From Oopsacas minuta (Eukaryota > Animalia > Porifera): 33,864 bases of DNA. Both the position numbers and the translations under genes were made by a program. A model generated the notes under the pieces. The model did not search any database. It saw only the letters and a program-made list of their open reading frames with translations, and had not been told where the DNA came from. The DNA is taken from assembly GCA_024704765.1 (NCBI GenBank), contig JAKMXF010000301.1:118968-152831 (forward strand), given 5' to 3'. Below are positions 20,411 to 31,399 of this stretch, one piece after another (position 1 is the first letter of the stretch; every line of letters starts with the position of its first letter).

Positions 20411-21853
20411 TTAAGTAAAGTGTAACTTGTGAGGTATAATATCGTGACAATTATGGCTGAAAAAATCATGGTTATTAATACAACAATTACCCTGTGAATA
20501 AGGTGTTGATGTAAGGATATTAGAAGATTCAACCAAGACTTGATTAGAATTAGTTGGAGAGATAGTACTGTCATCACTGAAGAGATGATTCGAGGTACTC
20601 TGAGAGTTAATGGAAGAATTCATACCTTCACGGCTAAAAATTGAATATCGAAAATTTGGATGAATGAACTTAGAAGAATATAACCAAATAGATACAGCAA
20701 TTTGCTTTACAAAGAGAAAAAAATTGGCAAAAAGAATGAAATTTGGAAAATAATGTTTTGAAGGAAATTTATATGAAAAAAGATATCTATCTTTACAAGA
20801 GATAATAACATCCTCAATTGATAGACGTTTACATGGAGAAGATTGAAGCATCTGAGAAATCAGATGTCTAAGTTTTCGGGAAAATCTAAATATAATTGGA
20901 GAAAAGTCGTCTTGGCGTAGTTTGTGCCAAAGAGGCCCTTGACTTGGTAATTCCATATTCGTTAATAATTCCAAAATCGTCAAACCCAAGCTAAAAATAT
21001 CTGCAGGCTTACCGAATGATTTTCTCAATAATTCAGGTGCCATATACATGTTATCTCCCTCGATAGCATTACCTTTTGAATCCGAAAGGTTGTATATCAA
21101 TCCAAAATCTCCAATTTTGATCACCCTATGGTCTATAGAAAGGAAAAGATTTGCTGGTTTAATATCGAGATGAATGAAATTTTTGCCATGAATAAACTTT
21201 AGCCCATTTGAAATATCCTCTAAAATCCACCATATATTTGATTGTGATATAGGTCCTTCTGAAAGTAGTAATTCCTTAAGAGACAAACAACACAAATCAA
21301 ATTCCATAAAGATATTAGATTTATCTTCCCAAACATTATGCAATTTTACTAAGTTATAATGATCTCCCAAAACACGAATATTACGAACTTCATTGTACTC
21401 TTGATTACTATACAAAGTTCTACCAGACTTTTTAATGATTTTCATAGCATAATATATGCCTGTGTTATTATCTTTCACTTTATAAACATCTCCAAAACTA
21501 CCACGCCCTAACATTTCATAAAAAGAAATATTGGATTGAGTCAAGAGATCCTTAGAAGATGTAAATGAATCCCCAGAATTACTATCAGCCTGGCAAAGCC
21601 GAGAAGACATTTGTGAAAATTCCTGGAAAGGTCCAATATCGAGATCATCAGAATTGAATACATAGGAGTGGTTGTTAGGATGAGAGTCAAACTTAGAGGA
21701 ACTATATTGAACAGATTTATGTGCGAATGTATTTAAATATGTAGGTTTCCTTCGAATAGAGTAGTCTTCAGAAATAGAGAATTCAAAATTGGGGGCGGGA
21801 GGATAACATTTGTTCTCTGGGGCGATAACACATTTGGGATCAAAAATATTCAT
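20411..21853 (-). CDS. myt1: Wee1-family Cdk1-inhibitory kinase, Myt1/PKMYT1 type (~480 aa from first in-frame ATG)
   Basis: Uninterrupted ORF with LGRGSFGDVY, YAMK, EVRN, HLDIKPANLF, KIGDFGL, the Wee1-family EGD..YMAPELL, ADIFSLGLTILE, and Myt1-like NMELPSQGPLWHKLRQ. A hydrophobic stretch follows the kinase domain (FILFANFFLFVKQIAVSIWLY), as in membrane-bound Myt1. The track start at 21985 is TTG; the first in-frame ATG is at 21853. Confidence 0.93.
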   Translation of the reverse strand: MNIFDPKCVIAPENKCYPPAPNFEFSISEDYSIRRKPTYLNTFAHKSVQYSSSKFDSHPNNHSYVFNSDDLDIGPFQEFSQMSSRLCQADSNSGDSFTSSKDLLTQSNISFYEMLGRGSFGDVYKVKDNNTGIYYAMKIIKKSGRTLYSNQEYNEVRNIRVLGDHYNLVKLHNVWEDKSNIFMEFDLCCLSLKELLLSEGPISQSNIWWILEDISNGLKFIHGKNFIHLDIKPANLFLSIDHRVIKIGDFGLIYNLSDSKGNAIEGDNMYMAPELLRKSFGKPADIFSLGLTILELLTNMELPSQGPLWHKLRQDDFSPIIFRFSRKLRHLISQMLQSSPCKRLSIEDVIISCKDRYLFSYKFPSKHYFPNFILFANFFLFVKQIAVSIWLYSSKFIHPNFRYSIFSREGMNSSINSQSTSNHLFSDDSTISPTNSNQVLVESSNILTSTPYSQGNCCINNHDFFSHNCHDIIPHKLHFT

Positions 21854-22124
21854 AAAGTGACTAAGACGTAAATAGCATAAATATATATTAGCATTGATAA
21901 GAAGGAATATACTAATATTTCTAAACCAGGGCTTCTCAAGGGTGCGCAAATGGGCGACATTTTTTTGTGCAATGGACAATTCCAAGTCGCGTATGATGCT
22001 GTGGAAAGAAGCTCATCACCACTATATAAATAGTCGCACACGGTAAATTGATTGCATACGAGGAGCACTCGGATAGTTTTTCGCCACATAAAAAGTATTC
22101 ATGATATTGAACTTAAATTTGTAT

Positions 22125-22745
22125 ATCTTCTCAAAGTATTTACCTCTAGCTTCTAACACTTTTTCATCCTTTAAAACCACTTTTTATCATGTTACAACAC
22201 TGAGAATAGGTTAGGGTATCAAGGTGTTCTTTATAGACGTCAACAGCTACACTAGGAGATGAAAAACGGGAACCAAGCATAAGATCTTTGACCTCTGCAA
22301 ACACAAAGAATTCACAGGGTGCAAGCTCAGGAGAATATGGTGGTGGCCAAGCATTTGAATGGGTTTTTCGGCAAGGAAGTCCCCAGTTGCACCAACTGTG
22401 TAAGAGCTGGCATTATCGTGATGCAAAATTAACCCTCTAAGTCCTGACTTCGGACCCTGTTCACAGAGGTTTTTAAATACTTCTGGAAGGCAAACTGTAC
22501 AATACCATCTAGCAGTTACTGTTATTTATTCTATCAACAGTACAGTTGCTACATGACATCTTTTACCAACAAAAGGGGCAACCATTTGTTTTCCAGTCGC
22601 ACGTGCATGCACCACTTTTGTTGGAGCATCCTCGTCAGGAAACACCCAAACCCAAGAATGTGTGTTTTTCTCAGGCTCATATGAATATATCCAAGTTTCA
22701 CTGCCTGTAACTATCTGAGAAACTCTACTAAACTTCCCCAATCGA
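22125..22745 (-). pseudogene. degenerate, 5'-truncated mariner transposase of a different family from the 2-1069 copy
   Basis: IVTGSETWIYSYEPE, WVWVFPDEDAPTKVV, KQMVA, HVATV, LILHHDNASS, and a C-terminal GKYFEK near 22130. Confidence 0.85.
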
Positions 22746-22984
22746 ATTTAATTAGCACAGATTTAGACAGATCAATCCGTTTTCATGAAACTTCACGATA
22801 CAAGTTGGTAACAGTTGACAATAATAGAGAAGATGATGAGAATGCCAGAGTCAAACGTCATGACAATCGTGATGAGTTAAACAAATCTTAAAATCGTAGA
22901 ATATCGCAGTGCGGGAATGTTCTCTATTTAAATCCATAATTATAATCTCAAAAATGGTAAACACTAAATACTTGAAGAGAAGTA

Positions 22985-23535
22985 CAGTGGAAGCCGCTTA
23001 ATCGGAACAACTCGGGAGTCAAAGTTTGTCCCGATTACCCGATTGTCCCGATAAACCGATTTTGATAAATTTATATTGAAAACTAGATTTCCTAGTCTCA
23101 GATCAACACCAGAAATAAGTTATTACACTACTACAAAATCCTGATGTATATAGGGAGTGAGCAAATTTAGCATATTCTTGGTTTGTAAATTGTAATCGAA
23201 TCGGCGTGGTATTGTTAAGGTTGTAGAATATTAAAATTCCCAGGTTTAAAAACAAACCACATTACAATGATTCTGGATAAATATACAATCGGTTAAGTGG
23301 ATGAAATCCCAATCAAACGAATAAAATTTTCATTTTCGGTTATCGGGTAAGAATTCCCGATTAACCGAATGTAAACTATGAAATAATTGGTTAATCAGGA
23401 TGAAAAATCCCAATTAACCGATTCGATGTCCCAATTATCCGACGATTTTTCGATGTAAGAAATCTGTTCCCAAACCTTTATCCCGTTTAAGCGGATATCC
23501 CGATTATCCGAGTCCTGATTAAGTGGCTTCCATTG
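22985..23535. mobile_element. complete pogo/Tigger-like MITE (551 bp)
   Basis: TA|CAGTGGAAGCCGCTTAATCGG ... CTGATTAAGTGGCTTCCATTG|TA, with many subterminal CCCGATTAACCGA-like repeats. Confidence 0.9.
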
Positions 23536-24883
23536 TATATCTATAATAGATTATCGTATTGACTTGAAATTTGGTGTAGTAACATATAAACAAAAGAAGA
23601 ATATATAAATCAGTCGAAAGATTAATTGCTATTAATTGAATTAGTGGCTAAAACTTTCCGAGTGCACTTCGTATAATTATACATATAGTTGGTAAGCAGA
23701 TTCTAGGATCTATTGATGGAAAAGTCTACTATTAATAAGTGAGTAGTCACGGTTTGAAGTCATAATAAAGGACCAAAAAGACAATATACAGAAACATAGC
23801 ACCAAAGAAGGGAGAATATCAGACTGGCAGAAATAGAAGAAGACTGTCCATTGGAAAAATAGATATATTTTCAACCTGATAGTTAGTTAAAGCCCAGCTA
23901 CAACAAATAATTGGTCTTTTTTTAAGGCAATACCATTTTCGTCCAGATGTAGCGTATGGTATCCTAATTCGATAGGAAGGATGATCAATTCTGGATTACA
24001 ATAAATTCCAAGCAAATCTGTAAAATGTAGATTTTGGATGTCTTGTGGACTATAGATGTGTGTCCGAGATAATGACCGCTGGACGACAACTTTAACCGTA
24101 AATAATTCCTCAACGATATGATGAATTGACTTGATAAAAAGTCTAGTAGCTTGCCAGAAACACCTTTCGGAATAAAAGGCTGACATTTCATAAGGTATTA
24201 GAGGCTTAGTAGCTGGACTAATATGATTAACATTGATAAGCAAGATATATTTTAAATCCAATACATAGGTCGAATTAACATAGAGATTACAAATATGATC
24301 CAATGTTTAATTCAGTGGAGTCTCAAAAGGTCACACTTCGAGAAGCGGAAAACCTTTACAAAAGACAAACCTCATGGAAACGGATTTCTTCTCTATAATT
24401 TTGGGTCCACATAGGTGGCACAGAGTAGCTGATGGGGAGTATCCCAGCCAGGATAATAATACATGATGTGGAATGATAGTTGTACTCAAATTTCATGAAA
24501 TACACTGAAAACATTGCTCTCAAATTTCAATCTGAAATTTTCTGCGAGCTTCGCTAGAACTGAATATCATTATATACTTCTCAAATCTAAAGTACCTATC
24601 TTGTGAATATCATCTACATGAAGTTAAGTGACTTGTAATGGTGGGTGTGTCCAAGTTTTAAGGGCAAAATTACAAAAGTTTTGAATGATAGTTTGGTCCA
24701 ATAAAATATAAACTTGTATGGTAGCTAATTTCCTTGAATTTCCTGTGCAATGTTACAACATAGGTATATACACAATGAAGCAAAGTAAGCTGACTATGTT
24801 GTCAATCGAAATCTTTCCCAGCCAAATTATTATTAGGCAATTAAAAGAAATCCAAATTCGGAGTTATCACAGTATAAAGGAAC

Positions 24884-24997
24884 TAGAGGCGGCGCGAGGG
24901 TTGGGTCAGGTCGGGCCGTGACACCTAATTTACCTAAATATGCCACGGTTTAATAACCTGTGCCCCACCAGTAGTGGCTGGCTAGCGCCGCCCACTG
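24884..24997. mobile_element. 114-bp hAT MITE
   Basis: TIRs TAGAGGCGGCGC / GCGCCGCCCACTG and a perfect 8-bp TSD AAAGGAAC (24876-24883 and 24998-25005). Confidence 0.9.
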
Positions 24998-26278
24998 AAA
25001 GGAACAAATATGGGGCCAGTGGATCCTATGGTCTTAGGCTTTCGATCAAAACTTAGGTTAAATATGGACGGTAGTATAATAAAGCTAGCCAAGTGTATTA
25101 AATAAATATATCCTAAAGGTGCATAATCAGGGGCGACGCGCACCGTACAATATTTAAAAAATATTAGCTCTGCGATAGCCGCCTCTTTCTTATAAAATTT
25201 ATCATAATTTGAGGAAGTTAAGTATTAAAGTTAAGTATATAACACTACCAGAGTTGTTCGAGAGTCAAAATTTTATCGCTTCCCAAACGCCACTAAATTA
25301 TCTGGCCCAGATAAACAAACTATCCTGATAAACTATGGTAACCCTTAACTTTAACCATAATGACTATTATTTAATGATAAGTTGTTTAATACATCTGTTA
25401 ATTAAGAAGTATTACGTTTAATTATTATGCGTTCAATCTACAATTTTGGTAACGAAACTTCTATTGGGCTGATTTCTGCAACATATATTTTGCATGAAAA
25501 CAGAAGTTCTCAAATTGTTAATGAGAAATTTCAGCTCAGTTATTCGACTTGTCAGAATTGCTTGATGACTCAGTAGATGACTGAGAGGAGGTAGTAAGGA
25601 TATTAGGCTTAGTGATCCTCCTTTTGACCCCACTACGTCCTCTCCCTGTTAGACGGACATGTCCTCGGACCCTACCACATTCCTTCCTTTCCTATACATT
25701 CTCAGCTCCAAATTATCCCTCTCTATAGCTCCTTCCGCACTCCGTCTTCAAAGGGCTTTCTCTCTCTGTTGATTGAATATTCTCGCCCTTCTTCTTCGCT
25801 GGAAATTAGACTTCTTTTGGTTCTACGGTGTTTACGAAGTTTAGAGATATTGCTACATTTCATGTATTGTTTCATGTGACCTGTTTGATATGCACATATA
25901 CCTATTATACTGGGACTGTGTTGTTTCATACTCAATTTCACACAAAATAATTTGAAAAACGATACTTTTAATATAACTCGTATTTTTTTGATAAAAAAAC
26001 TACTTTATTTGTTGTTATGGAATGAATTATTGAAATAAACTCAGAGGCTGATACAGAAACTTTTTACAGTCCAACCTCCCAAGAGTCATTAAATTCGAGG
26101 TTGAAATCATTGGAAATGACCAGTTCTAGTGGACAAATCGAATGCTTCAAGGCACCACATTCCAAAGCCATTAAACGAAAGAAGTTCCATCAGGAAATGG
26201 TTGTGAGTAGGATAAATGAGATATATACCTAGCAAACGAATAAAAACTGTCCCTACTCAAACGTTCGCTGCTTAGAAG

Positions 26279-27562
26279 TTGGAATTGATAGATGAGAGCT
26301 ATACTGCTCCTAAATCAACCCTTCCTACAATCCTTCGAAAAGATAAAATTAGTAATGTGCTAGTTCGTCCTGTCTACGATAACTATGTTGTTGATCTTCA
26401 AATGATGGAAGCAGCACTGGCAGTAGTTGCTTCTTGTATACATTGTGATGATAAATTGGTATTATTTGAAATACCCAGTACTGGTACTTGTGCGTCTAAG
26501 TAAGTTGATGTTCAGATGAGCGGTATGCAATAGAGGGAAATATTTGTGTAATGTGGGTAACTATGCAAATATGGAATCTAATGGGGTCGGTACTTCCTGT
26601 GAGACACTTGATGAAAATTATAATGAAGATTCCTGTATGTAATAGAGAGGATGAATCTGTTGAAAAATAATTGACAAAATAATTGATCGTAAAAGCTGTG
26701 GGATTGCCAGTGAAATATACAAAGCACTGAAAAGGAATCCAGGAAATTCTCTAAACGCAGCAAATGATATGTGGGCTAGCCCATTAATTTTGCCATAAGT
26801 GAATCCAATGATAACCACAAATTCTGCCCTAATGCTAGAAATAGCTGGTGTAAATTCCAAGCTGTTAAATTGGACGATCGTGTTCCACCAACCCACACAA
26901 GTTTTCTATCTGATGCATTAGTTGGTCAGGTAAATTCCGTATTTGATCAGTTAAAGTAGAATGGAAGTTTTATTAAAACCATTAGTGATGGAAAAACAAC
27001 TAACAACAACGAATCATTGCACCACATATTATTTGATATGACATCAAAGGCTGAATCAGTTGGAATGGGTGTTCTAGGACTTGGAGCTGCGTTAGCTGTC
27101 AACCGTTATAACGACGAATATAGAGGAACACTAAATGTGATCAGGATTATATCCAATACTGAGCCCAATTTGCGTACTAGTGAAGCATTTCGTCTTTGTG
27201 ATAATATAAGGATCATGTCTAGTGAAAAGGATCCTAGACCATCAGATGAAAGTATTAGAGAGGAGATGCTAATCACGGACTATATGAATAAGGTTGTGGA
27301 GGGTGGCTATTCATCTCAGAAATTATCAGGCGCTCAATCAGATGAGAGTGACACAGAATATTTATGTGATTCAAATGCTCCAACAAGCACAACTATAGTT
27401 GAATCAGTATGTGGAGATTGTGAATCTGAGTTAACAGGTTCTGAAGAGGCGATGAATACTTTCAATTGCAAGGTAATCAGAAGGAATTTCGCGAATATTA
27501 TGTTGAAGTCGAATTAGGACTTGTTGTGAAACAATAGATGGATTTGTGATGGTTGTCAATAG
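26279..27562 (+). pseudogene. degenerate Mutator-like transposase (family with N-terminal CxxC..CxxC region), central part deleted
   Basis: NYVVDL..VASCIHCDDKLVLFE..G, then HKFCPNARNSWCKFQ, KTTNNNESLHH (TQNxNES-like catalytic Glu), AALAVNRYND, and a Cys-rich tail ending RWICDGCQ-stop at 27560-27562. The DGD-type catalytic segment is not visible. Confidence 0.7.
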
Positions 27563-28299
27563 AATTTCTTACAAACTTCATTATCAACTATATAACATCT
27601 ACCTCGATATTACAGCCACACACAGATCATTAGTGTCTCTGCTGGTTATCTATTGTGATAGGTGTTCCTAAAGGTTTGTAATTATTTTATCACTTATTCA
27701 CTTTATTAACCATAAATTCTTAATTATGAATATACCTGCGTATCTAATTAGTATTTACTTATTTATGGAATTTTCCTAATCTCTCATTATGTTGTCAAAA
27801 TCTAAAGTATACAATACGAATTCATAGGTCGATTAGTCAATTTCATCATTCACCGCAACAGTACGTGCTACCTCATTACATTTATGATAATTTATTATTA
27901 TTAGTACTATTATTATTATTTACTTGATCATTATGCTATTAGGCAAACATTCCTTAAACTATACTTATACACAAGTTATAACTACGGGCACATTATTATC
28001 AACTTTCTTCATAACAACTATTATCATTCAGATTAAGGAGGAATTGTTCCATTTACATTAACTTGATAATAATAGACTTGAGTATAGAAGTATGGGATAT
28101 CACTTTAGGTGGTGTCTCATACCCCCCATGAAATGGATCATAACGTTCGGGGAGAGGTACAGAATGTGCCCCAAGTACACTCCTCCTCAATTTTAAGGAA
28201 AACCCTAAGGGACGGAACGATTAGGTTGATCGCACCTGTACGTAACGGGCACCCAGGTCGGTACCCTTGGTGGCGGTGATGGACAAGTTTGAATATATA

Positions 28300-29215
28300 C
28301 TCTAAGTTGACAAAAGTATTTCAAAACACAAATATATTGTCATAAATTGTATACTCTTTCCCGTTCCTATATATTGTGTAGTCTATATTCGTAGCTGCTA
28401 TGTAGTAATTTGTATAGAATAACATATGTTTTTCAAGAATTTCAAAAAAATACTTTCGATTTACACTTTTTGAAGGTGTTAATTATTAATAATTATTAGA
28501 TAATTATTGATAATCAAAATATGTGGTATTTCAAAGCCTATTAAGAATCTATAATTTCTGACTTGATATTTGAATTCTACGTAGGCGAGTTACCCCACAT
28601 TGAAATTTCCAATCGGATTGAACAATTTTTACCAGAGTTATAGCTGAATTTCAATTTGTGCCATTTGTGCCACCTTTTGCCCAAGGTGGCACAAGTGGCA
28701 GCTACCAAGAGGTTATTATGGAATTCAAGGGTTAGCATAGTCATATCATTCGAAAATATTACTTCGACTTATTCCTCCTAGCCCTAGTTGCTTTCCTTGT
28801 AGTGGCGCTTTTTCCTGCCACCTGTGCCACTTTTTTCAAAAAGTGGCACAAGTAGGACAAATTGAAATTCTTCTATAACTTTAGTAAAAATTGTTCAATC
28901 CGATTGGAAATTTCAATCTGGGGTAACTCACCTACGTAGAATTCAAATATCAAGTCAGAAATTATAGATTCTTAATAGGCTTTGAATTACCATGTATTTT
29001 GATTATCAATAATTATCTAATAATTATTAATAATTAACACCTTCCAAAAGTGTAAATCGAAAATATCTTCTGAAATTCTTGAAAAACATATGTTATTCTA
29101 TACAAATTACTACATAGCAGCTACGAATATAGACTACACAATATATAGGAACGGGAAAGAGTATACAATTTATGACAATATATTTGTGTGTTGAAATACT
29201 TTTGTCCACTTAGAG
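28300..29215. mobile_element. foldback element: ~400-bp inverted arms, ~110-bp spacer, TA-flanked
   Basis: 28300-28702 is the reverse complement of 28814-29215 with scattered mismatches. Termini are TA|CTCTAAG ... CTTAGAG|TA. No ORF. Confidence 0.92.
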
Positions 29216-29273
29216 TATTTACAAGACTTCGTGAAATTGCATAAGTTCGAAATAGGACAAAAAACAGCAGAAA

Positions 29274-29330
29274 CCGTATTTCCTTGAATAGTAGCCACGG
29301 GCGGTTATTAATTCAAGCCCCATTCAGAAT
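29274..29330 (+). mobile_element. isolated left end of the CCGTATTTC pogo-like MITE family
   Basis: ACCGTATTTCCTTGAATAGTAGCCACGGGCGGTTATTAATTCAAG is similar to the ends at 17549 and 18545. Confidence 0.5.
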
Positions 29331-30851
29331 GAAGCTAGGAAATGTATGATCAATATATAATTTAAGCAGGTAAGACTTTGGTGTACAGTACAGGTACTAG
29401 GCTGTTTGACCTACAGATAACCATTGGTCCTTATCATGACCCTATTATCTATCTGACCAATCAGGAGGATGACATTGTATACAAAGCAAGTTTGAAACCT
29501 CTCGAACTGAATATCAGTATTCATGAATAGTAGCCTAACCGGTTACCAATATTAATTTGTTTGCCCAACCAAATACTGAGAAAATTCGGTTTTTGGCGAT
29601 GGGGTTTGTTCATCGGTACCTTTGAACTATTAAGGTTGCAATCTCCCATTCAATTACTGATGTCAATTTGAGAAATTTATGATACCGTATGTATGCCTTA
29701 ACTTAACAAGTAACTAGTTTAAATGAATTCATATAGCGGTTAGTCAAATTGACCAATTTGCTTCAGAGTTGCTCCTCCTAGGCCTAAAAAGCCCTTAATC
29801 TGGCTCTGCCCATCAGGTGTGGTCTCATGAATTGGCGTACCAGGTGTACTCTCCGAGCAATCCTAGGGCAAAATCCCATTCTACTAATAGGAAGTAGGCT
29901 CTGAGGATCTGGCAGACCGGGGGCAAATACCCCGGTTGCCTCTCCGGGATCGCCACTGCTGTCGATTGAGCTATCATGTGATTCATGACGCCAAATGACA
30001 CATCAAACATTTTGACATAAACACTATATACACAGACATGGCTCTCATATTGTAATATTCTTATAAGCCCAATTCCTGTGTCCTAAGGAAATGTTTTTCT
30101 GTTTATTAAAGCTATTTCTCATAAGACTAGAAGTGCAACATATGTTTCTAAAACTTTACACCAGGAGTTCCATAAAGGTCAACTTGCTATTCAGCATTAA
30201 TGCAGTTCAGTTAGCAAAGAGTCTGTATCTTGAGACATGCAACTGGTCTTGCTTGTGTTGGTATGAGACTCGGAACTCTGTGCCTAGAATTTAGCAAATT
30301 ATAAATTGCAAAATCTAATTGATCAAAGAATATTCCAACTATTTGTTACTATTATGTGCAGTGTATTAGAAAATTTCGAAGTACACATACACACGATATT
30401 TTAATCGTGTGTACGCGTACACATGAGTATTTTTAGTGTAATAGAGTTTACCATAGTATATGGGTTGTTTATATGTGATTTGTTATGGATTAGTACATAC
30501 CAGCTGTAGCGTCATTGATCAGATATTATTACTTTGGTTGTCATCGTTACTACTAATCGGATGTTATTTCCTCGATAAATACAATATCCAACATGTAATA
30601 TAAGTAATCAAACATGTAATAACTGCAATAACAATGTAGATACGATTTTCAGCAACAAATTATGAAATTCATGCCACGTTATCAGCATGAGATATACTGT
30701 CCATATCAGGGCCCGATTAGCACTCGCTTTGGGCCCTAACCCAAGTATACTATGAGGGGCTCTCTATAATTCTTGCTCAGAATAGCAAGCATTTCAAAGA
30801 GGCTCACATGTCACTCCCTGATCACAGATAATATTAACTGCAAGCCTATAT

Positions 30852-31399
30852 CAGAAATGGAACCGGCCGACCTGTCGGGTCGAGTCGGGTACCGGTCGAA
30901 GATCTCGACCTGCCGGTCAGAATTTCTGAATTTGCTAAATCTGAATATGTACTGTAATCATATTGACCAAAAACTTCAACTTAGCACTCGGATTAAACTA
31001 GACAATTGGATCTCAACCTTTTTTCTTTCGCGGACCTCTTTGGTTCATTTTATGGGGTCCGCGGATCCCTGCTAATAAACATAACGAAAACATTTTAGGG
31101 CTGCGGACCCCCTATGGGACGCGGACCCCAGGTTGAGGACCACTGAACTAGACCATAACTGAAAATTATTTCATACATTTTTGAATAAATATTAATTCAT
31201 CAACCTTGAGCAAAATAGATTTTCTACTTTCTGCTATATCCACAGAATATTGATCATATTCTCGCCGTGTGCCACTTGTGTCACAAGTGGCAGGGTGCCC
31301 CAGTACTTTTGGCTAGGCAGTATATAGTCATATTTACCAGTCGACCGGTCGACCAGCCGGTCGGGTTGGGTCATGAAAAGCTGACCGGTTCCATCTCTG
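30852..31399. mobile_element. hAT MITE, nesting level 3
   Basis: TIRs CAGAAATGGAACCGG / CCGGTTCCATCTCTG, subterminal CGACCGGTCG repeats, and a perfect TSD GCCTATAT (30844-30851, 31400-31407). Confidence 0.92.
31004..31145. mobile_element. Charlie/Buster-type MITE, innermost element
   Basis: Left AATTGGATCTCAACC and right GGTTGAGGACCACTG, GCGGACCCC repeats, and a perfect TSD AACTAGAC (30996-31003, 31146-31153). Confidence 0.9.

Noticed and set aside
23887-24303. 138-aa minus-strand ORF
   Set aside because: It starts at TTG, has no recognisable motif, and has in-frame stops just upstream. It may be an unrecognised decayed coding remnant but cannot be supported.
25433-25941. Basic, low-complexity ORFs with a possible zinc knuckle (KCSNISKLRKHRRTK)
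   Set aside because: Cys/His ligands are incomplete, and purine-rich composition explains the ORFs.
28080-28290. GC-richer segment considered as a SINE or tRNA-derived sequence
   Set aside because: I could not identify A/B boxes, a cloverleaf or a tail.
29790-29960. Two hAT-like left ends on the minus strand (CAGTGGCGATCC, CAGAGCCAGATTAAGG)
   Set aside because: No partner TIR or TSD was found, so they cannot be delimited as elements.
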